NCBI GenBank assembly: GCA_030167865.1 | Contig: JALAGF010003284.1 | Location: 1-51,220, forward strand | Reading direction: 5' to 3' | Length of the DNA: 51,220 nt | Source of the DNA: Craspedostauros australis | Lineage: Eukaryota | Shown here: positions 9,430 through 18,573 of the stretch, one piece after another | Numbering within the stretch: position 1 is the stretch's first letter | Layout: each line of letters starts with the position of its first letter | Position numbers and translations under genes: made by a program | The notes under the pieces: generated by a model | The model's database searches: none | The model's input: the letters and a program-made list of their open reading frames with translations, nothing else | Told to the model about the DNA's origin: nothing

Positions 9430-9760
9430 ATGGATATGCGTGAATCTGCGACGCTTCAGATCCCATCGACGAGGGGCCACAGATCGTTGATTGACAGGAG
9501 GAGCCTCGATGGATGGCTTCAAGATGGTGGCGAGTTGGATGAAGGACTCCCTGGTGATGCCAATGAAGTTGTAGAACTCCATAGCATCACCATGTTCGGG
9601 AATGTTCTGCCAGAAGGTACTAGTGTCACGAGAGAAACTCCGAGCTCTAGTAGTGGCCTCTGTGCAAAGCAGTAGGCAAGCTGCTGTGGAGGTAGTCAGC
9701 AACAGCGAACATGAGAAGACGCTGCTGTGCCATGAGTTGCTCAGCGATGATAATGAGGAC
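9430..9760 (-). pseudogene. Degenerate N-terminal fragment of a PIF/Harbinger-like (DDE_Tnp_4 associated) transposase; boundaries approximate
   Basis: Translation FWQNIPEHGDAMEFYNFIGITRESFIQLATILKPSI resembles the F..F.(G/R).(T/S)R..F..L...L.P helix region at the N-terminus of PIF/Harbinger transposases; no DDE core follows. Confidence 0.45.
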
Positions 9761-10106
9761 AGTAGCGGTGGCTACCTCGAGGGGGTATTGGAGGAAAGAG
9801 GAACAATCTACTATGATAAAGCAGATGCCAATGCTATAAAAGGAAATGCTAACCACACTCCAAGCTCTTGGAACAAGCTACATGACGGAAGGACACGACG
9901 TGCATGAAAGGGGATGGTCAAACAACACATGTCGATGGTAGAAACAAGGGAGGAAGTCAAGGGTAGCACGACGACACATCCACGACAGAGGTTGATAAAA
10001 ACTGATGTCAACACATGTGAGCGAAGAAATCACAGTAACTCCCAAATTACCGTTGGAGGGAGCGATTTGAGAGGAAGGCACGAGATGAGATCTGGACGAA
10101 AAGTGA

Positions 10107-10153
10107 GGGTTGAGTTATGAACGCTCTTTTGGGGGGCGTTCATACCTCAACTC
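10107..10153. repeat. Imperfect ~47-bp palindrome
   Basis: GGGTTGAGTTATGAACGCTC-TTTTGGG-GGGCGTTCATACCTCAACTC; 20-nt arms with three differences, two of them G:T compatible. Confidence 0.8.
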
Positions 10154-10629
10154 CAGGATTCATAATTCTTTAGATTGACGTTATACGCACGTTTTCGATC
10201 CTGATCACCCCCAGTTCGAAAGGTATCTTGAGTTCATAATGAAGTGATCTGATTGGCTTAGAAGCCGATGTGATGAAATTATGAGTCACGCAAACACCAC
10301 CAAATGTCGTGTTTGGGATTTCTTGGTGACGGTCTTTTTTTGCTGCTGGTATGTGGGGAATTACAGCAGAATTCCAACGAATGCCTCCAAACGCCACCAC
10401 AAATCATGGTGGAAATGGATTGAAACAACAATTGTTGAGTCGGGGACGTCGATATCCCGAAACTATGGGAAACGTTGAATTTCCGGATACGCAACAGAAC
10501 AGGTCACGAAGGTGACACCATTATTCAGTAGCCGCACGACAAAAAACCCATACGCCAACAAGCAGCGTTATCATGGCAAGCTTTGTTGCTGAGTGCAGAG
10601 GCAAGCACACAGCGAAACAAAACCCCAGT

Positions 10630-10819
10630 GGACACCATGACCGACCGATCCATGGACAAGGTCGACAGCCATCGTGATGACGACGATGGCTCTCTCCACA
10701 AGTTCACGGACACCATGACCGACCGATCCATGGACAAGCTCGACAGCCATCGTGATGACGACGATGGCTCTCTCAACAAGTTCATGGGCGACGATGGATC
10801 ATCCAACAAGTTCATGGGC
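10630..10819 (+). repeat. Coding tandem repeats: 78-nt unit x2, then overlapping 30-nt unit x2
   Basis: GGACACCATGACCGACCGATCC... starts at 10630 and 10708; GACGATGG...CAACAAGTTCATGGGC at 10760 and 10790. Confidence 0.92.
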
Positions 10820-12216
10820 GACGACGACATGAACAGCAGGAGCGAGCCAGAACGCTTCGATCTGGGAGAAGACGTCTACAGCCTCATCTTCATCAGTCCG
10901 GTGTGTTCATTCTCCTTCGCATTCGCCATTTACATGATCATCCTCAAGCTCATCCTCTTCACATTCCTAGCTATCGATCTGTACGATCAATCGTCTGGTC
11001 AATTTGGGGACAAGTCTACCCTCATCCGGGCGACGCAATTCTTCCTCCTTCCCGTCGCCATTGCTCTGCAGGAGGATCTCATCCACGTGTACACGCGAGT
11101 GGCCAACATTCAATACGACCCGGCCATTCAAGATCGGGTGCCGTCCGCGACGGAGACCAAGGTGAGTCCGCTGCCACGGCATTGCATCATATTGCAATGC
11201 ATCGCAAGGATGGGCGAATCGGCGCACACCCGTGATCACAGCGTTCTCGTGTGGCAATTGGCAGGTGGCAGACAGAAACCAACGCGTCCAGGCACCCCGC
11301 CATGCCATTGTGCAAGATGGAATCAATACGTGCACAGGATACAAAAACATGCAGCCAATGCCGGGCTCGTACAGAAGTCTACTGTTGTGCCACATGCAGT
11401 GTATGCATTTGTCTTCCTCTGTACTTACACATGCTTCGTTCACGCGCATAATACATCTCGTCGTCATTTTCGACCACAATACACATCGACAACCACACAG
11501 TTCGCGCTGTCGTTCCTGCTACGTTTCCTCGATGGGCTATACTCGCTCATCACCAACTTCGTCCTGGTCCTCATTACCGACGAAGTGCTCAGCGTCTTTT
11601 TGAACTTTGCTGCCCTGGGTTTTCTTCAGAGTAAGTTCTGTACCAATTTCCCTGCCGGACTGCCTGCCCGTCCGCCTCGCAACAAGCAACAAGCAACAGA
11701 ATGTGAGCTGCGACTGCCCTGCCTTTTGAATACCTTACTATGCGGTGGTCAAAATGCGCGTGGATTCTAGCGTGCATACCAGCGTAGATATCAGTATGAC
11801 TACAGCCACGAGCGAGAGACAGGTGCCCCAGCGAGGCAAGATGGAATCGTGTGATCTACTCATACATATGCACCACATTCCGCACTGTCCATGAATGTAC
11901 CATGCGTACGGGTACACCCAAAATGAATGGTCGACGCTCCTCTGGCCTCACCCAATTTTCTCTGTCTGTGTCCCATTTGTTGGTTCTCGCTACGCCACCA
12001 TACAAATATGCAGGCATCGACGACATCGCGTTCCACCTTGCCGCCAATGGATATCTTGGAGATAACATGGAGGACTTTTGCATGGTGGTGAAGACGTCGT
12101 CCCTGCCAAGGAGGGTGGGCGATGTGTGCACGAATTCGTTGGACAGTCTGCTCTTCCTCACGACGTTCGTGGTGATGTTGTCCATCTATTGCTATGTCCT
12201 GGCGAAGGACCAGTGA
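10637..12216 (+). CDS. Uncharacterised multi-pass membrane protein (285 aa; exons 10637-11161, 11501-11630, 12014-12216)
   Basis: Donors AAG|GTGAGT (11162) and A|GTAAGT (11631), acceptors CAG at 11500 and 12013; spliced frame gives FLNFAALGFLQSIDDIAFHLAANGYLG and several hydrophobic segments. Start codon choice uncertain. Confidence 0.8.
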
Positions 12217-12857
12217 ATATGTGCCATCAGTGACTGCAGATCAAGAGTCATATCAATTTAGAGCAGTGTTTGTAGTTCGATGAGTAGTTATGAGTCGTAC
12301 TTGCAGCAACGGTGACATCTTCATGCCAGAGAGACGCAGCAGCTCAACGACACATCCCGTTGCTTGTGCGTCGTTCAGATTGGCTTCTGTATTGAATAGT
12401 GTTGTGCACGCTTTTCCACATGAACTCATACAGAGTCTTGTACTCTGGAGTATGTTCATACCGTTGCAGCTACTGTGTGACATGATATAATAGAATACGT
12501 ACGAGTACGAGCCACATGCTGTGGCGATGTATCAAGGTAACACATTCTTGCGCTGAACGATGGTACTCCTACTCAGACTCGCAGGTGAACGAGGATCCCA
12601 ATGGGCCCACATTTGATCTATCTTTATTGTTGTAGACATGTAGGTGTTACCGACCACGAACAAGTCCGCCCAGGATGGATCCGTTGGGGGCAACACAAAC
12701 ACAACCAACACAAAACCAACACAAAACCAACAACAACGACAACAACAAAATCCACAGAGAGACTCCTCGGTTCGGCGACGCCACAACGCTTCATCCACGT
12801 CAACTGTCCACACACACCCGTGCCACATATACACACGCACAGATCAGGAACGGAACG

Positions 12858-15266
12858 ATGCTGCGATCGCGCGACTTCGTGGCCGCGCTGCTGGTGGTGG
12901 CGTTGGTGCGCATGGCATGGAATGCCAACATGGAATCTCTGACGGCGAGTATTCACCTTGCCTTCTACCTTCCACGCGACGATGGGACAAACGTGGCACA
13001 CTTTGACCTGGACGGAGATGGCACGTCGGAGGCATTGGCCGTCATCAAGAAGGGAAAGACCAAGGGGTGGGTGTTGCAGATCCTTGATCTCAAGCCGTTG
13101 CATCAGCTTGGCGGCAAGACTCATCTGGCGCCCTTCCAGCCCAAGGTGCTGTACCAGACTGCCGAATTCGCGGAGGCCGGTGCGGAACCCTTGGGCATCG
13201 CGACTGGGCAGGTCCAGATCGAGAAGCCGGAAAATTACGCATCGTCGTCGTCGTCGTCAAAGGCCGCCTCCGGTAACGCCTACGCTTCCAACCATGAACC
13301 CAAAACCGATCTGCACGATCGAAGCAAGAATTACTTCTGCGGAAAGGATTGGCATGATGCCGCCAGCCGGTGTGGAAAGCCGTGTCCCGACGGTCGCTCT
13401 GCTGACTGTCCTGACGGAGAGACGTGCTACGCGGACACGCCGTGCGATTCATCACGTCGACATCGACACAATTCCGGCCAACCATTGGACCTGCAGTTTC
13501 AGCTGACTCCCGGCGGCGGATTCCCGAGCATCGCCGTCCTTTGGTCGAACGGTGTCGTGACCATGCACAACCTTTCCAGTGGAGGCCTGTTTGAGAATCT
13601 TGGGATTCAGGGCAATGGTAGCAAGGACAAGAAGAAGAGGAAGTCCAAGACAACCTCCAAGGATCTTAGCATCCAGCGCTTGTGGAGGGTTCCGATCCTG
13701 CCGTTGATCGCACCGAAGGACGAGCACTTTTTGTGGACGGAGCCCAGGGTGCGATTCCTGGATGCATACGAGAGCGAGGCGTCGTCATCCGAACATGGTG
13801 TCATCATCATCAGCGGCAGGTATAGAGTGGAAGAAGACAGCGAGACCAATCCTGACGATTCGAATGTGGTCGCGGCGATCAATGCTTTCTCCGGCAAGAT
13901 TCTCTGGGATTCCTTGTCCAGCGTCGAAGAATCACAAGATGCCGTGCCATTGCCACTGCATCGTGGATCGACCTCGTACGCCCGCCGCCGATCACGGATA
14001 GCCTCTCTGCACCAGGACTCGGTGCACGGCACTGCGATTCAAGCTGGAAGTTTGCCAAGTTGTCAGATGGTGTTCAAGAACGGATTCCTCAACACCATGC
14101 CACATTCTTACTGGTCCGTGCAGGACGCCGATATATTCCCAATGCACCTCGATCACAAGACGAAGCACAAGCGGATGGATGGCGGAAATCATGGAAATCA
14201 GCACGAACGGCATGTCCCGTCCAAGGGCCCGCACCATCAGCATCCTCACAGGCATCACAGCCACGATCACAATCATCGCGGGCATGGCGGCCACGGTGCA
14301 TCATCGCGCTCCAATCGGAAATCGGCACACAAGGGAGGCATCCAATTCGGACGACCAAATGTGCTCGTGTCAACTGCCGTTGATGGTGTCCACATCCGCT
14401 CGTTGAAGAATGGAAGGCTCCTGTGCCACATGTCCATGATGGACGAAGTCCTGCACGCCGATGTCAACGGAGACAACATCATCGATCAGATCAAGCTCGT
14501 GCTGCCGTGGCATGACAAGACTTCGTCCGATACCTTCGTGTGGAATCTGCTCCGCAAGATGACAAGAGACGGCGATGGCTCCGGCGAGCAGACCAGCATC
14601 GAACGATCTGCGCGCACCGTGTGCCACGCCATGGGGCTCTCTGGCCTTCCGGCACGTGAGGAGCTGTTCTCAGCCTCCGTCTGTGGGTCACAGAGAGACC
14701 GTCCCACCGACTTTGATGATTCCTTCCTTGATGCCGTGCCTCCGATCGTGGTGGAATCGTTGAATGGTCGACGGGACAGGAGAGATGTCATCGTAGCCCT
14801 CAACAACGGCGTTGTCACTCGTTTGCAAGGCAATACGGGACGGCGACAATGGTCCACCGGCCTTGTGCATCAAAAATCGTATCCAACGTGGCACGAGGAA
14901 GGCGTGTACAACGCCTTGCTCACGAGAGTCGATTCCGGGAGGATAGCACCGTCGGTACGGCCGATTGTCGTAGCAGGCGAGGATGGACTCGCCATTTTGT
15001 CTGTCAAGAACGGCGACGTGCTGGCATCCACCAAGTTCCCCCAAACATCCGTCAAGCGGCCCATCATGGTGGAGTTGAGCGGCGACGAAACCTCTGACAT
15101 GCTCGTGACCACGTCGACCGCCGTCTGGGGATACCAGATCGTCGTCCATCCAGGAAACTTCATCGTCATCCGGACCATCATCGGGATCGTTCTCATGGGT
15201 CTCATGCTTGCAATTCTCCGAAATCGGTTCGGCCAACGAAAGGATAGACGAAGCACAGATGCGTGA
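12858..15266 (+). CDS. FG-GAP/beta-propeller membrane protein, plant NERD1 (At3g51050)-like, with inserted Cys-rich module and His-rich tract
   Basis: N-terminal MLRSRDFVAALLVVALV signal/anchor; DLDGDG, HADVNGDNIIDQI and ELSGDETSDMLV FG-GAP-type loops; PNVLV...G+HIRSLKNGRLLC; C-terminal TM plus basic tail. ATG at 12858 preferred over track start 12675. Confidence 0.75.
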   Translation: MLRSRDFVAALLVVALVRMAWNANMESLTASIHLAFYLPRDDGTNVAHFDLDGDGTSEALAVIKKGKTKGWVLQILDLKPLHQLGGKTHLAPFQPKVLYQTAEFAEAGAEPLGIATGQVQIEKPENYASSSSSSKAASGNAYASNHEPKTDLHDRSKNYFCGKDWHDAASRCGKPCPDGRSADCPDGETCYADTPCDSSRRHRHNSGQPLDLQFQLTPGGGFPSIAVLWSNGVVTMHNLSSGGLFENLGIQGNGSKDKKKRKSKTTSKDLSIQRLWRVPILPLIAPKDEHFLWTEPRVRFLDAYESEASSSEHGVIIISGRYRVEEDSETNPDDSNVVAAINAFSGKILWDSLSSVEESQDAVPLPLHRGSTSYARRRSRIASLHQDSVHGTAIQAGSLPSCQMVFKNGFLNTMPHSYWSVQDADIFPMHLDHKTKHKRMDGGNHGNQHERHVPSKGPHHQHPHRHHSHDHNHRGHGGHGASSRSNRKSAHKGGIQFGRPNVLVSTAVDGVHIRSLKNGRLLCHMSMMDEVLHADVNGDNIIDQIKLVLPWHDKTSSDTFVWNLLRKMTRDGDGSGEQTSIERSARTVCHAMGLSGLPAREELFSASVCGSQRDRPTDFDDSFLDAVPPIVVESLNGRRDRRDVIVALNNGVVTRLQGNTGRRQWSTGLVHQKSYPTWHEEGVYNALLTRVDSGRIAPSVRPIVVAGEDGLAILSVKNGDVLASTKFPQTSVKRPIMVELSGDETSDMLVTTSTAVWGYQIVVHPGNFIVIRTIIGIVLMGLMLAILRNRFGQRKDRRSTDA

Positions 15267-15776
15267 TGCGTGGAGAGTTCACAAGAGGAGAAAGAGCAAG
15301 AGAGCGACTGGGAGCATCCTGAGACTACGAGAACAACAAACGGGATTCTTCGAGCGGCTCCCAAAACGCCTAATTGGTATAGCATGGTACCTACACCAGT
15401 GCTCCAGTGGAGATTCATACTCTCTGCTTCTATGGAGGTTTGTGTGTGCTCTATGTACGACTCCCTCTCTAGAGAGAGAGAGAGTACACCCAGTCATTTT
15501 GGCGTCCGTGGTTCAGGGAAAGTGCAAGTATTCTGGAGCACCAACAGACGAGGCGCGACTGCAACAGATGATGATGTTTCAGGGCAGAAAGAGACCTCTT
15601 CAGAAGTTACTTCAGCAGCACATGTTCGTTAGCGGTTGGTGACTTGAGTTTCGTATTGGTGTGATGCCGCTGTTACAATGCCAATGTTGGAGTAACTTTC
15701 TCTATTGGTATTATAGTAAGTAGTAGTAGCATACTCGTCCAGAGCACAAGTATTCGTGTGAGCACCAAGCTCTCCT

Positions 15777-17579
15777 CTACAGGAATTTATCATGAAGTCT
15801 CTGAGCCTTGTTGCGATTCTGCGCAACTCGCGATTGCAAGGTCACGTTGTCGTTGATGCCATGTGCCTCGCGGGACATGTCCTTGAGGAACGACGCATCC
15901 TTCGACCTTGGCGGTGCGTCTTCTTCTGACTTGTCGCTGGGGCGTCTCGCGACATCCCTTCTTTGCATGGTGGCATCGCGTTGCATCTCCTCCAGGGCCT
16001 TCTGTCTATCCACCGTGCCAGAACGGCGTCGGGATGACGTGAGGGATCGCTTGCGATCGCATTCCGATTCGCGCTCCTGTCGACGTTTCTCCAAAAGGTT
16101 GCGATCGGGGCCAATATTGGCAAGGTCAAGCTTGCCGTTCCCCTTGACGCCCTTGAGGCCGTACTTCTTGTCGCCAGTCGGTTGTTCGCTTGAGATATTC
16201 CTGTCAGGCCTGGCCGCATCTCTGTTGTGGTTGCCATGCGCATGCCGCTCATGGAAACCACCAGGACGATGGCTGCGTCCATGAAGGGAATCCCTGCCGT
16301 CGTGCCGTCTGTTCCCGTCCCATCGCCGATTGTCTGCGTTCGCGCGATGAGCATGCTCTCTCGATCTTTGGTGTCGCGAATGCCAATCGTGGTTAGGACG
16401 GCGGTCAATCTCGTGCCTGTCGTGATGAGAGCGACGGTGATGGCCCTGCGCTGATCGTTGCCGGTCCACATCATCATGACGGCGATGTTTCGCATCCTTC
16501 GAGCGATCGTTGCTGCGGCTGCGACTGCGGCTGCGGCTGCGCCTTGCGTATCTTTCCCTTGGGTGGTAACGTTTGGAATTCGAACGCGATCTGTCCATTG
16601 ATTTTTCACCCATGCCAGGACTACGACTGCGACTGCGGCTTCGGCTTCGACCGCCGTTTCGATTGCGGCCGCGGGTTGGAGATCTGCGACGTCTCTTGCG
16701 ATCATTTCCGACGCTCGAGGCGACGGATCTAGCATTGCTGCAATCGTCGTCGCCACTCTCGTCATCGCTGTCATGCCTGCTGCGCTTGCTCCTTGATTTG
16801 TCGATTGTATCTCGGCTTCTGCTCTTGCTCTTCGATTTTTCTTTGTGCTTGCGATGCTTCTTATCCTTTTTCTTTTTCTTGTGTTTCTTCTTGTGCTTCT
16901 TGCGACGTTTGACGTCGTCGTCGTTGTCGTCGCTGCCACTTGCGGAATCATCGTCCGAGTATCCCATCACCCGATTGTACAGCATCTTGTTCTTTTCTGC
17001 GCGAGCTTCTGCTTGCTGTTGAGCCTGGATGACGTGGAACATCGGATCCTCGACCCTGATTCGGAAGTTTTCGTTCCGCTCCTTCACGCTGGGCTCCATG
17101 TTGTCAAATCGCTCGGTGATGGTCGACTTTTGTTCGCTGGCCTTCTTCTTCTTGTCGTCTTCACCTTCCCGCTCACCAGCAGCTGAGGGAACAGCTTCGA
17201 CGCCGGACATAACGTTGTTAATCCCCTCCTTTGCGCCGCCACCGTCGAAGTCACCCTGCACTGCACCTTCTCCCACGAACTCCTTCCCCAGCAGGAATTC
17301 CTCGCGTCGCTTGTCTTCGTCCTGCTGCGCCAGTTCACCGCGCGTTCCCTCCTGGTACATCCAGTCGATGCCACGGTCGCGAACGACCCTTGAACCACTC
17401 TTACCAGCAATACGGTCAAATTCATCCTGCTCCTTTTCCTGCTGAATCTGCTTTGCCAGTTCCTTCATCTTCTTCTCCTCGGCAACCTTGCGCTGCTCGG
17501 CCATCCAGACCTTCTCCTGGTTGGCAATGTTCTTGGTATGCCATGATTTCTTCGACAGAAAGCCTAAACCTTGCACCAT
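15777..17579 (-). CDS. CWC25: Pre-mRNA splicing factor CWC25-like (Cir_N domain, K-rich and RS-rich tail)
   Basis: KKSWH...NQEKVWMAEQ, IDWMYQ...EEFLLGK, RVEDPM motifs; RS dipeptide runs. ATG at 17579 (track start 17591 is GTG). Confidence 0.85.
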   Translation of the reverse strand: MVQGLGFLSKKSWHTKNIANQEKVWMAEQRKVAEEKKMKELAKQIQQEKEQDEFDRIAGKSGSRVVRDRGIDWMYQEGTRGELAQQDEDKRREEFLLGKEFVGEGAVQGDFDGGGAKEGINNVMSGVEAVPSAAGEREGEDDKKKKASEQKSTITERFDNMEPSVKERNENFRIRVEDPMFHVIQAQQQAEARAEKNKMLYNRVMGYSDDDSASGSDDNDDDVKRRKKHKKKHKKKKKDKKHRKHKEKSKSKSRSRDTIDKSRSKRSRHDSDDESGDDDCSNARSVASSVGNDRKRRRRSPTRGRNRNGGRSRSRSRSRSPGMGEKSMDRSRSNSKRYHPRERYARRSRSRSRSRSNDRSKDAKHRRHDDVDRQRSAQGHHRRSHHDRHEIDRRPNHDWHSRHQRSREHAHRANADNRRWDGNRRHDGRDSLHGRSHRPGGFHERHAHGNHNRDAARPDRNISSEQPTGDKKYGLKGVKGNGKLDLANIGPDRNLLEKRRQERESECDRKRSLTSSRRRSGTVDRQKALEEMQRDATMQRRDVARRPSDKSEEDAPPRSKDASFLKDMSREAHGINDNVTLQSRVAQNRNKAQRLHDKFL

Positions 17580-17870
17580 CTTGACATTCACTTTGGTTGC
17601 CGTCCTTGGCTAACCTCTTTTTCCCTCTGGAAATATGCTGTTTGAGTACGAGTATGGTACGCTATTCCTTGTTCTTCTGCGGTCTGCTGATGCCAGATAC
17701 AGTTGGGTATGTCCTCGCAGTGTTATGGTGCTGGTACTTCCTCAGACAGAGTCGAGCAGATGAATTGTGGCGAGATATTTGTTCCGATGAATGGAAGGCG
17801 AGGGATGATGTGTGGAGTTGCGTTGTGGCAACGTGTTTTGTGCTCTATTTTTGTTTGCGTCCAACTGGTT

Positions 17871-17906
17871 TGGTTGGTTGGTTGGTTGGTTGGTTGGTTG
17901 GTTGGT
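17871..17906. repeat. (TGGT)9 microsatellite
   Basis: Direct reading of the sequence. Confidence 0.95.
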
Positions 17907-18573
17907 CTGGGACAACTTCGACCAGCACGTAGACATGTCGGACCTGACGGATGTACGGAAGGACGACAACCACCAAAGCAACAAATGGCGCATGTGTGTG
18001 CTGTGCAGTGTCCGAGATGGAGAATCATATTGTTCGATAACATGATTGATCTTTAAGCGAACAGGTCATGGAATTGGGTCAAGCGTTGTTGTCAGAGAGG
18101 TCTCAAACACGTCCATCCCCCAAACACTGCGGAGCTGTCGTCCTCCGCTGGTGCTCTCTACGACCTACTCGTATGAAATGGTGTGCACGCACAAACAGAA
18201 TGGAAGGGACAAGAGTAGAGTAGGAGCGCATGGTATGAATGCAATTTGATAATGATACATTGTCTTCGTGCTTTGTGCCGGTGTGCGTGCTTGTACTTGT
18301 GCGTGCACCTGCATCGATGGATGGTAGTGCAAGCCGTTGTCAAGCCGCCCTGTGTCGCTGGTTTGTTTGTTTGTTTTTTCGCCGTTCGGCTGTTGCTTTG
18401 TTGTTTGTGTGAACACTTGCAGTACTCTCTGCTCTCTGCTCTCTACTTTTGGAGTGGGGTACTCTTCTCTGTATGGTAGTGGTCGACAGCACTTGCACGA
18501 GCTAGGAGTGCTGGTTGACCCCTCGCGCTGATGCTCATGCGGATGGTCGCGCACGCCAGAGCAGGCGTAGACT

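Noticed and set aside
8389..10297. GTGTTTGCG (8389-8397) and CGCAAACAC (10289-10297) as a TIR pair
   Set aside because: Only 9 bp, does not extend, and no target-site duplication.
10630..10819. Tandem repeats as a CRISPR-like array
   Set aside because: No unique spacers; units are in-frame coding repeats in a eukaryotic gene.
12675..12857. N-terminal extension of the 863-aa ORF
   Set aside because: A/C-rich leader-like sequence; family-like N-terminus begins at ATG 12858.
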